The notes beneath the pieces were generated by a model. That model saw only the letters and a program-made list of their open reading frames with translations, did not search any database and was not told where the DNA came from. From assembly GCF_963921235.1 (NCBI RefSeq), contig NC_086104.1:20770001-20834000 (forward strand): a DNA stretch of 64,000 bases, written 5' to 3'. This stretch comes from Mobula hypostoma. Lineage: Eukaryota. Every line of letters begins with the position of its first letter. The first letter of the stretch is position 1. The position numbers were made by a program, and so were the translations under genes. Shown here in pieces: positions 24,001 to 39,000 of this stretch.

Positions 24001-27000
24001 TATTCCCAGTTCCCTTTGATCTACCACACTCTATTCTGTCCAACTGTTCACTGTGTAAGACTTACTCCAGTTGGTCCCACCAAAGTGCAAAACCTCACAC
24101 TTGTCTGCATTAAATTCCATCTGCCATTTTTCAGCCCATTTTTCCAGCTGGTCCAGATAGTCTTACTGGCAAAACAAAATCTGCAGATGCTGGAAATCCA
24201 AGCAACACACACAAAATGCTGGAGGAACTCAGCAGGCCAGGCAGCATCTATGGAAACAAGCAGAGCTGATGTTTCAGCCCAAAACGTCAACTGTGCTTCC
24301 CCCCACCCCCCTCCATAGATGCTGCCTGGCCTGATGAGTTCCTCCAGCATTTTGTGTGCATTGCATAGTCTTACTGCCATTCACTTACCCAAAATTTCGG
24401 TGTCATTTCTAAATTTGCTGATCCAGTTAACTACATTATCATCCGGATGATTGATAGAGATGGCAAAGGACACAGCACCTATCCCTGCAGCACTCCACTC
24501 GTCACAACTCTCCAGTCAGAGAGGCAACCATCAGCTACCAGCTCTGGCTTCTCCCCCAAATCCAACGTCTAATCCAACTTACCAACTCAGCTTGAACGTC
24601 CAGCAACTGATCCTTCTTAAACAACCTCCCATGCGGGACCATGTCAAATGCCTTTCTAAGTCCCCACACACATCACTGTCTTGCCTTCATCCACTTTGCT
24701 GGTAACTTCCCCAAAAAACTCTAAGATTAGTTAGACACAATCTACCACACATGAAACATAGAAAACCTACAGCACAATTACAGCTGTGCCGAACATGTCC
24801 TCACCTTAGAAATTACCTAGGCTTACCCATAGCCCTCTATTTTTCTGAGCTCCATGTACCTCTCCAGGAGTCTCTTAAAAGACCCTATCGTATCCACCTC
24901 CACCACGGTCGCTGGCAGCCCATTCCACGCACTCACCACTCTCTGTGTAAAAAAAATTTACTCTTGACATCTCCTCTGTACCTACTTCCAAGCACCTTAA
25001 AACTGTGCTTACCATTTCAGCACTGGGAAAGTGCCTGTGACTATCCACACGATCAATGCCTCTCATCATCTTATACACAATGAAGCCACACCACACATGA
25101 AGCTATGCTGACCATCCCTAATCAATCCAAGTGTATCCATACTCGCATATATCCGGTCTCTTATACTACCTCCCAATAACATTCCCACTACTGATGTCAG
25201 GCTCACTGGCCTATAATTTCCTGGGTGGAACAACATCAACTATCTTCCAATCCTCCAGTACCTCACCTATCGCTAATGAGGACTTAAACATCTCCACTGG
25301 GGCCTGTCAATTTCTGTGCTTGCCTCCCTCAGGGCCGAAGGGAAAACCTTTGTCAGGCCCTGGGGATTTACCCACTTTAATTTGCCTCAAGATAACAAAC
25401 ACCTCTTTCTCTGTAATCTTCTAACAGTCCATGACCTCACTACTACCTTCCCTCACTTCAATAGACTCTGGGTCCACGTCTGGAGTAAATACATATTCAA
25501 AAAATCAATTTTTAGGATCTCCCCATCCCTTTTGGCTCCACACATGGATTACCATCCTGATCTTCTGGAAGACCAATTTTATTCTTAGCAATCCTTTTGC
25601 TCTTAACACAGCTATAGAATTTTTTAGGATTCTCCTTCAACTTGTCTGCTAGGGCAACCTCATACCTTCTTTTAGTCCTCCTGATTTTTTGCTGAAGTGT
25701 TCTCTTGCACTTCTTATATTCCACTGGTACCTCATTTGACTGAAGGGAGGCTCATAACCCATAACAAAGTAATCTCTGCCCACATGCAGCAAGTTTAGTC
25801 TAGCATTTGAGCATAAACTGATAAGTAGCAAGGAACATTTTTAACTCTAATGGAAGTCAGCTGCAAACTCCAGAAACACCTCCAAATCATGCTTTTTGAA
25901 AACTTCCTTGGTGATCAAATTCCAGAGTTTACCTTGTGTTAACATTATGAAAATTTTTGTTTTTGGCGTTTAAGCAGTTGTACTGAAATCCGCACAGCAA
26001 CCCAGCCCAGGGATATTGCTTCCACCTTTTTAATTGCAAGAAAATAAGTCTTTCAATTTTACTTGTTAAACTGATTTTTGTGTAAAGTTTCTCAATGTAC
26101 CTGCAATATCAGGTACATCCAGAAGCAATGAGAGACCTTTATATATGTGACCCATGGCTAAACCAGCAATTTAACATTTTTCCAACAGTTTCATGGGGAG
26201 TTTATTCTGACCAACTACACGAGGATTATATTGCACAAGGACTCTGCCCTGCCAGCAATAGGATCTGAATATACGTAATTGAGGCCATCATTGTCTCATT
26301 CTCAGAAATGTTTGTCATTAAACTTTAATTACTCTCAAAATTGTATAAAAGTAGTAGCATTTTAAGAATTGTAGCCGTTCCTACTCAAATCTTATCCTGT
26401 TCCTACAGGGAAATCCTCAAGTTAAAAGATTACTCTGTTGAAAATAGCACAATTTTCATTGCTTTTTTTTTTGTTCGTTCATTTGAACAATGCCACAGAG
26501 AATCCATTTGTCCTTTGTATATCCCACTACTAACCTTTGCTTTGCCATCAGTAGAACACACCGAAGAAAGGATTTCAGTAATCTGATGCATTATGATCCC
26601 TGTACCGTTTTTGAGACCAGATCAATTAGCCTGAACTTAATCCACCAACTTCAAGTCCCAAGAAAAGCAATGTGGAAACAATACCCTTAAATTTACCCAT
26701 GAAAGGATCATGTTACACGAGCCATTTTAATTAATTAAACAGAATTTAACCACTGCTCATTTTTAGGCTTTTATAGTAAAAACAGTTAACAGCTGTTCCT
26801 GCAGTTAACATCTGGTACACTTCAAAATATGGTGTTTATTTCATAATTCTTCAACTAACAATGCTCAATTACAGAATTTTAAAGTAGTAAAAGACCAGAA
26901 AAATCAGATTTTTCAAAGTCACAGAATTTTTTTTAAATTACAGAGACCTGTTGGGGGAATAGAATTCCCCATTGGTACATGAAGCGATGACTGGAGGGCA

Positions 27001-30000
27001 TACGTTAAACCCAGAGTCAACAGAACGACAGAGGTTAAAGAAATGGTTTATAAAGAGAGGGCCACCAGTAGAAAAACAGTAAAAATCACAATGAAAAATA
27101 TGAACCAAAGAATGAGATAAATAAAGTTCGTCCCTTGAGAACTTTCTCAGGACATTGCCTCATCACCTTTCAGAGAGCTGACACATGATGAGAAAGTGTT
27201 AAGCGTCCGGTGAGAAAAGGGAATGGTGAGCAAAGGCTGGAGGCACCTTTTAGAGGACGATCACAGGAATACAAGGGCTACAGGTCCTGGAATCTGATAA
27301 GGTGGTGATAGTAGGAACCATTAGTGGAGAGGTTACTTATGACTCCCTTTATTTACCAGATTCAGGTACTGGTAGCCCTTTCACCTCCAAGCTGCTGTCT
27401 TCTTCTTCCCCATCTTGCTCCATTTTCCTTGTACTTTTCTCTTTCTGTCCACTTCCACCTATCTACCTGCCACAATCTTCCAACAACACCTCTTCCCCTC
27501 CCCTCATCCCTCCCCAGTCCACCTATTACACTATAATCCTCTCCTCTTTATACAAGGCCATATCCCCTTTTCCACTCAATCTTGATGCAGGGTTTCAACC
27601 AAGATATTGACAACTCCTGCTCCCCACACTCATCCCCACAACCACAAATATCGCTCAGTCCAGAGTTGCTCCAGACTGTTTGCTGCTGCAGATTCCAGCA
27701 TCTACAGACTCAGATCTTTACAACATGAACAAGAGCAATGCGTTAACAATAGTCAAATGTAGGTTTGACCAAGATGAAGATTTAAATAAAGTCAACTGAA
27801 TACCAAATGTGTAACAGCAGAATCTCTTTAGTCATTATCTTTGGGCCTTAGGAGAGGATACAGGGTTGGGCAGTGAAGTAGTTACAGGAACATTTTCACT
27901 TCAGCAGCCGAGAGCATCTGTATGCACTCACCTTGCAGACAAAGAGCAGAAGATCTGCATGACAAGTAAAATCCATGGATAGGAGGAACAGTGCAAGCTT
28001 CTGCACCACAGCAATGCACCGATCATGGGACAAAGTAAATGGAAGTGGCTCCACCTCTGGGGAGTCTTTCGTTGAGGATGATTCTGAATCGACGGTAGTG
28101 CGAGGCCACTCTGCAGTCCGGCGCAAACGAATAAGGTCTTTGAAATGCTGTTGTGAGATAGAAGTTTGGGTAAAATGCAATTAACTTTTCAATTAAATTG
28201 GACCAACTAAAACTTATACATTGAAATAATATTCTAAAAATTTTTAAACAAAAATCTCTGCTCATGAGGAGAAAAAAAAATTACCATTAAGCATTGTATT
28301 AACACAGAATCTGTTTTCTATTTACAGGGGATTTTGGTAAAATAAACGCAGAGAAACTGTAAAAGGGAACCACCCTGTACATCATAACCCAAACTCTTTA
28401 CAGCATCTCTTGTAGAGATGGGGAGCTGGGCCTCTTGCCCCAAGAGCAAATCTCATTACAAGCTCAGCTCTGGGTTCCCCAGTGGCTTTTGGAGGGAAAG
28501 AAAGTAACAACTCTGCTGCTCTTTCAGCTTAGCTGCAGGAGTCCAAAATGTAACTCTGTATTTGGAAAATAACTAACTGGACTTATAAACAAGGAAGTTA
28601 TTTTAAAAACAAAGATTTTCAAATCGTTGCACACTTTTTAGTCCACTATTTTGGTAACAATCAGTGATTTGAAAAACTAAACATCTTAGTTAACAGTGCA
28701 ATTGGCAAATAAACCTGAAAAAATAATAAGATAAAAAAGTTCAACGTTTCTCCAATCCACCTCCCATTCCCTCCTCTGATCTCAGATACCCCTTTACTCT
28801 TGATCGCGACCACTAAATTCTTGGGTGGCCAACCTTCCTTTCTTATGGACATTTCCTCCAATTGTTTTCATCATATCAAAGCTATTTTAAATGCTGCTTT
28901 GATCCAACCACCCTCTCTACAAGATTCAGTTGTCGCATCCTAAGCGCATTTGAATTTCACCAAAGCAATGAAATGCCCCTAAGCAACATTCAAACTACTT
29001 TACCTTCCTTTTACCATACAATTCTTTCACAACTCAAGATACCATTTTCACCCATCTTTCTCCACTATTCAATTTAGAGGGGACTAATCGATCTGTCAAT
29101 TCATCCACAAGACTGATTATTGGATCCCCCCTGTCATATACCTGCAGAGCAGCCCAGGAATCCATGTCCAACCACCCGATTTTGCTCAGTACATGCCAGC
29201 GCTTGGCAACATCATCCGTGGAGATGGAATTGGTCTTACTTAAAATGATATCCCTAAGCTCTGTTATCAAGCTTTCTCAAATATTTCACCTCAACTAATC
29301 ATTCAGCCTTCAATAGACCACAATCAAAAAAAATGATTGAAGTCAGTCATTGGTACCTGCACATCACAAGTTGTGCATCGATGCTGACTTCTCAGAACTT
29401 CTATCCTATCTTCGTAATGCCCTCTGCCTCAACTCCCTATTTAAGCACAGATATTGTTTACTGTTCCCACATGCCCCTCGCAACTACCTCACTTGATACC
29501 ATGCTCCATCTTCCTCTCCTATTGTTACCACTTTTGCCACCACTGATCCTAGCTTCTGTGGCTATTTCCACTCTCTTCTCCGCCCGCCATCTGCCTATCA
29601 CCCCTACTCAATTGCATCCACCTATCACATGCTAGCTCTTGATCCACCCTTTTTTCTAACTGGCCATCTCCCCTCTGACTTCCAGTCCAGATAACGAGTA
29701 TGACAAAACATTTGAACACGCAATTCCTTCCAATAGGCATAACCTAATCCACTGAATTGCTCCAGCATCGTGTGCATAGCTCCAGATTCATCTATAGTCT
29801 CGTATGCCTCTCCTACCTATACAACGGCTGCCAGGAATCAGTGGTCTGGACTTAACTGTTCATCTTAACCTCATCCTATCCCATTTCTTAATAGTGCTAG
29901 GTTTATTAATTATTCCCTCAGTTTGATTTTGATGATCAAGGAAAGAGATTACAAAGCTTCTTTTGCCTACTTTTAAGATCATTGTATGATCTATACTTCA

Positions 30001-33000
30001 GGCCCACTTTCTTCTCCAATCTTCATATGCACCAGGTACCAATGTCCAAAATATTATTTTTCCCCAGCTTGAAAATGCTTACCGTGCATTAATCCACTGC
30101 AGTAGCAAACTGTAAAGACTTACAATTCCCTGCATAAATAAATTCTCATCTAAATGGCAGATCCATTACCCCGAGATCCTGTTTCAAACCTCCGGCATCA
30201 GGAAGCAGCCTCTCAGCATTCACTGAGCTAATTCCTTGTGGTATCTCCTATGCCTCAACGGGCTCACCACTAACTCTTCAAAAATCCAGAAGGCCTATTT
30301 GATTCATTCCTTCATCCATGAATCAATTTCCAGAGCACTGACAATGCAACAATATTAAGTATGAAGATCATCTGATAACAAAGGCCATTGCAGCATTTGC
30401 TTTCTCAATTCACGGCTTCATCTCCACCTACTTCAAGATTCCTTTTTTTTAAGCTATCATTTACTCTTCCTACAAAATTCCATAACTCTCACATTTTCCC
30501 CACATTGCACTTCATCTACCATCTTCTTGCCTACTCACACTATCTCTATATCTCTATCCCTTTGCCAACTCAGCCCCTTCCGATTACCCTAGCTTTCTAT
30601 CAGCAGCAAACTGAGATATGTTAAACTGCCTTTTCATGTTGCTAAGATACAGTATTAATAGCCAAGGCTCTAGGACTACTCCCAGTAATACCTCCACTAG
30701 TAACAGTAGATCTGTGAACCATAGCAGCCTGATTTCTGTTAAAGAAATGCTAAATAAATGAAATGTGTTCCTGCAAATAAAAGTATTCTTGTCCTGATCT
30801 GGACCAGTGGTACTGCAACCATTTGAAACACTTAAGCTATAGAACAAAAACAGACGTCATACCTTTGACGTAGCTTGCTTTAGTTTTGCCTGTTCTACCA
30901 AAAGTTTATATGAGGATCCTTTGCTGCTCTGGATCTTCTCTTTCTCTATTTGCTCAACTAACGCCTTTTGTTTTGCTTTTAACAAATTGAGTTGCTGCAA
31001 AAGAGGTTAAATTAGTTGTCAGTTTTATATGTATACACACCCCCAAAACACATGCTAATTTACAGCATATCCTTAAACACCTTGACTTTTTACAAAGTAA
31101 GCTGATGCATTTGCCTCTTTCCCTCCCCTCCAAGCTAGGTCCTCATACTTTACCTCAGTAGTAACTCTGACAAAAACCTGACTAAGAATACCTCGAAGGC
31201 AACCTACTCAAAAGGTGATTGCAAATGTATCTCTTCATGAACCACATGCATGCCTAGAACAATCATCTTCCTCACAGTCCCTCCCTGATTGCAAGCCTAC
31301 TTATGAAATAATGAATTCTCATGGGTAATGACAGGTAGAAAACTCTAACCCAACACTTAACACAACACTTCAGAGGGTACTAAGATCAAGTTTAGATTAC
31401 ATATTATAATAAACACACTAAAAGCAGCAAAACTCATTTTGAACATTTTCCCAAACCATACATTCTCCTTATTTACAGGAGAGAGAGAGAGAGAGAGAGA
31501 GAAGGGGAGCATGAGAGACTGGGAGGGAGTAAAAGGGGCATACACACATGGTGCACTTATTGTGTAACTGCCTCAGCAACTTTGATTTTGTGAACATGAA
31601 GCTTATCACATTGTTTGCTGGAATAAAGTATAACACCTTATCAGAATTCATTGTCAGTTGCTGAGAAGTACCTGTTTATGGTGTATGAGTTGCTTACGAA
31701 TTTTTCTTGAATACAGCCGGTCAAGACTGCTGCTCCCTTTGGTAGATCTGCCTGAACACTGCGATTGGAGATTGTTATTGATGAAACTCCACTGGTTTCC
31801 TATAGGAAGGGAAATCCCAGTCTTTTATAACAATTAACTGAATTTAAGCTTGAATTCAGAACATTCAAGTCCAAGTGAAACACATTTTTCAGCATTACTC
31901 AGTAATATGCAATCTGCTGGCAGTGTAGACATTTTCTGTGCAATCTGTACTAGCCAAACAAATGGAAAAATGCATGCAAGTATGTCATTTTGCTATCAAT
32001 TGAACTGGCAAACATCGAGATAGCAGAATTCTATAAAATATTATTTTCATATTTTCCCACTTCATTAGAGATCATTAAACCCGTCAGATCTATGCTTCCT
32101 ATTAAAGAATTCTTGATGGTTCCATTCCTCTATTTACTTCCCTGCAAGCTACTCCCCCACCCAATTCTCCTCAAACACCCCTACATTTCAGACAACTTAC
32201 AGTGGCCAATTAATCCTTCAGCACATCTTTAGGATGTGATAAAAGCAGAGACCTTGTGTTTGCAGGGGGGAAATGTAAATTTCCATGCAGACAGCACCTG
32301 AAGTTAGGATTAAACCTAACCCGATAAGAGTTCGGAAGCAGCAGACCTAACTGCTGCACTACCATGCCAGCCTTCACAATGGATTAGTGATGTGAATGCT
32401 AATCTATTCATCATAAGCAAGTTAACTTGGAATTTAAACACCTTGGGAACTTGCAATGAAGAATACCTGTCAGAATCCGTTCCCTGTCTTTACTGTTTAA
32501 TGGCTTTTTGGCAGCAGCCACTTCATCTTCAACACTTGCAACGTAGTCCAGCAGCCGAGAAACTAGCATCACAACCCAACTGACCATTGGGATATCCAAA
32601 ACACCTGCAGAAATGAAGGGAAAGTTAGACACTGCAACTATACTGTGTAGCATCAAGCTGCCTTGTACCTTAAAGAGCTTGAAGGAAAGATGATTACCAA
32701 AGTTTCTGGCTTGAAAAACACAAATTGGAATTTTCACTGCATAGAAAGGCATATGCCTGACACATTCCTCTTCGCCATTGGTATAGGAGGTGCTGCCGCA
32801 TGAAGGCAACATCTATAGGCAAAGATCCTCACCATCCAGGCCCTACCATCTTTAGACAACTATCATCAGACAGTAGGTACATAAGCCCGAAGTCCCACTC
32901 CACTAGGTTCAAGAACAACTATTTCCTTTCGGCCATTCACTTCTTGAACAAACTGGTCACTAAAATGCTTTTCACTACAGTTTGAACTACAAACACTTTG

Positions 33001-36000
33001 ACCACTTTGCAGGAGATGGACTTTGTAGTTGTTCCAATTGTGTTTTCTTGTGAAATAATTGTGTATAACGTTTAATTTGTGCTTTTCCTGTGAAAGATGC
33101 TTCTAAGATGCTATGTACCTGTGATGCTACAAGTAGCAAGTTGTTCATTGCACTTGTGCATGTGACAATAAGCTCAACTTTGACCTTGTAATGTTTTACA
33201 ATTAGCCGCAAGCCTGACAGAGATCAATAACCATTGTGGGAATAAAAGACCAAAATTCTATTCAACGCCAGCAGGAGAATTCTCAAGGATATATGAATGG
33301 GCAGTAAACTTAGTCTTACCAGAAATAACCACTTTACAAACTAATTAAAGAAATCAACCTGGATTGTACGTAAAGAATAAAACAATTTCACTCAAGTTCA
33401 CCACTACATACTGGACACATAAATTATGCATTTAATTCATTATAGTTTCATTACTCATATTTAGTTATAGTTCATCCTTACCCTCTGTGCGTCTGTAAGC
33501 TGTCATCTGCGGTTGCAGTGATGACAACAAGTTATCCAAAAGATTTAGTAAACCTTCCAAGACCCCACTATTTCCAAGTGATCGTTGACCAAAGCAGGAA
33601 AGTAACATGAAAACCCTGAAACAAAAGAGATGGTAACAAAATAGGTTTTACATTTCAAGCTCTCGCAAATGAGAAATCTACAATATCTTATAAAACATTT
33701 TGACCATTGGTTAAGGTTGCAGCTGTTTTTTTTAATCTTCACCTTGTTGCAACTACAGACATCTTAAAACAGCAACAATATCTGAACTGTGTCTAGGTTG
33801 CACTTTAAATGTATGTTGTACCAATAAACAATGCTTAAAATAAGAGTTCACGTGTCCAGGAGTTTGGGTAATTAAATGCTGGTGATTTTGTTCAAATCTC
33901 TTCAGACAAATGCAAATAACTCAATGATGATGTTCATACAGACCACCTACCTGTCTTGTGGGAATATAAGATGTTGCTCAGAGTTATAAAGTTCTTGTAA
34001 AACATTGGACAGGAATTGTCCCCACCATCTCTCTCCACCACACAGTTGCACAAGCAGCAGGCCAGCATGGAGACGTATTTTGGGGGTACCACTAATGCAC
34101 AGGTGTTTAAACAGCTCCTCACAGGCCTGTGCATGAAATGTACTTTGAAGAATTGCTGGCACAGCATGACCTACAAGAATTTAAATATACTATTAGTGAA
34201 AAGATAAACAAGATTAGTGAACTGAAATCTAATGTCAATAGGGGCACAGGATGTGGCAGGTTATTAGAAATGATCCACAGAGCACCAAAAGCAAATTGTT
34301 TATATTTTTTACATACCTTTTATGTCAAAATTACATGCATCAATAGACAAGTCTCCAAAACAGGTTCACAAACTTGGGTCCATGGACCCCTTATTTAATG
34401 ATACTGATCCATGGCATTAAAAATAAAAAGGTTGGGAACCCCTGCTATAAAAGAACTGTGGTCAGTTCTAAATCTAGTGAATGGAGACCCAAATATTAAA
34501 TAATTCCAAATATAAATTTAAATCTCCACCACCCCAATTTGCTTAGAAAAAATATTGTACAAAATGCTTTAATGATACTATGTTCTCAAGCTACTTATCA
34601 GACTCTATCAGATAGTCAGGCAAATGCTTGTCCACTTCACTTCCATCATGCCACGAAACTACAAAACTTCACAACTGATGTCCCTACCAAGTTTTATATC
34701 TTCATCAAATCTAATAACCTTGATGACAAAGTCTGATATTCTCCTGGACAGCAGTTTCCTGCTTTGTTTCCTCCACTTCCTGAACAATATTTGCTATTTT
34801 TCCCCAATCAGACAGCAGAAAACCATGACACAACTGTATTGGCAAAATTAGTGAATAAACTTTCCAGCAATTTCATGCTGCCAGTTCAACAAATTATTAC
34901 ACCTAACAGTAGCACAGCTTCAGTGTCTTCATGTGCTTTTCCCTCATTCATCAGAATTTTTCATCACTAACTCAATGTACAGGGTGGATATCAAATGCTC
35001 CATTCAACTACTTCTGAAATAATTGGGATTTTTCAACTGCTTCTGAACTAAAAAGGCACTGTAATACTTAAAATGGTAATCAATTGGACCTTTATCACAA
35101 TTAGGACAACAGACAACAAAGGGTGCCTTGTGGCACAGAACTGCAACCACTAATGAAACGACCAATGACAAAATATTGAGCCTGCCTAGGCCAACTAAGA
35201 GCTAACCCGTAATATTAAAACAAATTCCAAGGACACAGCCTCAAAACAGAGGGGCATCCTTTTAGAAAGGAGATGAGGAGGAATTTATTTAGCTGGAGAG
35301 TGGTGAATCTGTGTGATTTTTTGCCATGGATAGCTGTGGAGGCCAACTGTTTGTGTATATTTAAGTCAGAGGTTAATAGATTCTTGATTGGTCAGGGCAT
35401 GAAGGGAAATGGGGAGGAGGCAGGAGATTGGGGCTGAGAGGAAAACTGAATCAACCATGATGAAATGGTAGAGCAGACTCAAGGGGCCAAATAGCCTAAT
35501 TCTGCTCCTATATCTTACGGTCTAAATTGTATCTGTCTCAAAATTATCAACTGCAGATCACCTCAGTCTGAGCTGAGATGTAGCCAAAGACAAACTTAGC
35601 ATTTGTTAACTAGCTTGCAGCAAAGTTGTAAACAGATTTTGAGTAAAAAGATCTTCTCAATAGAAGGGGACTTACAAGGTGTATTGAACAAACAACCATT
35701 TTCCTAGAATATCTGAGTAGTTTACACTTCATTTCAACTACCAAGCTTGAAAACCCAGATCAAGAAGTTTCTTCTCCACTGCTATGGGAGTTCTGACCAA
35801 TCAACTCTTTCACATCCCTTTCCAGGTGGTGCTGCCATGTTCTCAAACTTGTAACTCTAGCTCTCTTATTCTATTATTCTATTATTTATACCTTTGCATT
35901 TAACTTTGCACTATTTCAAACTGCAGTCCTATTACTGCATTTGATGTATTTACTATTTACACTTTGAGATTCACACAAACAATTCATTGCACCCTGGCAT

Positions 36001-39000
36001 CTGAGACAATATACTAATCTAAATTGATGTTACTTAAGACTAGTATTTGTCATACTTCCCTCCACTATACCCACCACTCCCAACTATATAACAACATTTC
36101 ATTTCAGCTGTCTTCGAAGTACAGCACTGAATTCTGATTGCTGAGGAAGCCATACTTTCCGAGATGGTATCTTAATCTAACCCACTTATGACTAGTATAC
36201 ACAGCATTTTAAAGAAAGACAGACACTAACCGCTGGATGAATGTAAAAGACTCAATAATGTATCCAGGAGGTATCGGATAATAGTGCGCAGCTGCTCTGT
36301 AGAGGAATTCTGAATCAATTCTTTTGAGTCATACGTCTCTGGCAGTGTCTTCCTGCTGGAACCAAGAGCCACTCTAAGGCGCTGCACTGCATGATGAGCC
36401 AGGTTTAGTTGAAGCTGCAACTGAATGCAGTCCTGATATGCAGAGAAGACTTTACTATCCTCTTCAACTGCTTTGTCTGGTTTCCGTAGGAAGTACTGAG
36501 CGTTGTTGGCACTGTTTAGTGGAGGAAGGTCAATATTCTGCAACAGTGTTTCCAGTCTATGGCAAGCAAGGTTATACCTGTCAAAGAAATAACAGTAGAT
36601 CAATAAACCAAAATACACATGGCTATCAGTTGTACACAGTCCAGATGCAATTATTCCTTAATTTTTGGTCATCTTTTCATTTCCTCTTATTAATGTAATT
36701 TTCCCTTAGACTGTCAACAAGACTACTGTCACATATGTCTTTACACATCTGGAAAAGGATGCCTATGTGAGATTGCAGTTCTTGGACTACAGTTTAGCAT
36801 TCAACACCATAATTCCCTCCAGGCTCAACAAGAAGCCCAGAGACCTCAGCCTTCACCCTGCCTTGTGCAGCTGCATCCTGGACTTCCCATCAGATCGCCA
36901 GCAGGTAGGGAGGCCGGACAGTCTGGCTTTTGAACACTCTGTTCTCCGTCCAGTGTCACCTCAAGCTGGACGTTAATGTGCCCTCCTTTTTTGAGTCTGA
37001 CTAAAAAGCTTATATAAATTACCTCAGATATACTTAAAACAGTGGGAACTGAAAGCTATAACAACCATTAATGTATTTTTATTATATGTAGTTGCCGTTG
37101 TCAACACTGCTGATGATCCGCAGTGTATGAGTCACGTCAGCACGCCCGAGAGGGTCAGTCTGCCCAAGGCCGCAGTGGAGAGTGGTTGACTTTTTTGTTC
37201 TTGTTTCAAGCCCCTCAAGAAATGCCAAAAAGAAAGATTATATTTAACCATGAATGGGCCAAAGAATTTGGATTTATTGCTAAAAGCAAAAAAGATAACT
37301 TTTATGTTTTTTTGTACACTATGCCGTTGTGATGTGGAGATCGGCAGTAAGGGAAAAAGTGCAGTTGGACGACATGATACCACAGATAAACATAAAGTTA
37401 ACACTCATACTGCTGGTACATCATCAAGATGACAAAATCTTGGCTGCAGAACTGTGTAAAGTGTGAAGCATCATCAGTCATACAGACATGTTGATTGTGG
37501 AGTAAAAATTGACAAACAAATATACAGTGACTAATTGCTAGTGAAAAGTGTAACATGTGGGAAAACTAAAACAAAAGCTCTGTGTGAAAATATTCTAGCA
37601 CTGCATTCTGTACAAAAGCATGTGGAGTACATCAAAGAACATGGCTTGCCCTTTTCAGTAGTATTACATACACGCAACCCTGGGGAAAGTACTGGTTACA
37701 TGCACGCAACACTAAAAGTATCAGCAGCAATTGAACACACCTGGAGTCTGGTTTTGCTGTTAACAAAACACTATTTTATTAGCAACTACGTCATATAGTA
37801 ACTTAACCAGGTAAATCAAGAGTTAACGATGTTATGCATATATAGGTGTATAGATAAAGTTCCCACACTTATTCAAGCTCAGGTGGCAAGAGTTACAATC
37901 TTACCATGGTATGTAAGAAAGTTCAGTTCAATTCTCAGGTTAATTAATGCGAGATATTTGTAACCCAAAGGCGAATGTTGTGAAAAGGCAATTACGTCGA
38001 TATTCCACAGATTCCACGACAGCAACACAAAATAACAATAGCAGTAGGTTTTACCTTCGAAGTTGTTCCACTCCATACACGAAGTATCCCTGACAGTGAT
38101 CTTCAACGAATATCCTTTCAACACAAGTGGTACCACACCTGAATTCAGCTACAAAACATCCCAAAGTGGTGGCCACAGGATATGCAAACAGAATCCACGT
38201 ATGGATTATCACCAACAGTAGCTTATCACAAAGGGGACCATTTTCAAGGGAACCACCACCCAGGCAAGGGTAGACACACCGGTAGATTCCACACGGCTAT
38301 CCCAGACACACAACGTGATAGCCACTTATCCCGTCCCACAACATACGAAACAACTCCAACAGTGATTTGCCACAGGGGTGCCTTTCTTCCAGTGAAATAC
38401 CACACCCAGACAAAGAGTAAACACACACGTGGTATTCACAAAGGGTCTCCCCTCACCAAAGAACCCACTCCTGCAGATTAACTATGTGATAATCATACTT
38501 TAGTATTCGAATGGAATCAAACTCACCCTTACGGGCTACTTAGAGAGACAGAGTCCAAACAGTGACCTCTTTGTCACTAGGTTTCTTCTGTTTCAAACCT
38601 TTCTCTCTCTTCCCCTCTGCCAACTTCTTCTAGTTGCAGCACTTGTGACAGTCAATTATCAATACTCTGGATCGATCTCAACTCACCCCTTTTGGGCTAC
38701 TGAAAGTTTAAACTAGTGACCGACTCACTGGTGTCTTTCATTGACCGAATCCATCTTGACTCTGAGCATGTGTGTCTCTGTGTCTGTCTGTAAGAGGATC
38801 ATCTGACCTTGCTTATTCAAAACAAACCACGAGAAACCATAACCATTCATTGTCCATCAAACAACTCTACCTCTCTCACCATAGTAACCAAGCAATTTTG
38901 TCGTGAGTAGAAATCCAAAAGTCAGTCTTGATTCTCCCAGCGTTTTAAAGTAACAGTCCACAGGAAAAAATGAACCCTAGGGGTAAATACCAGTAGCAAC

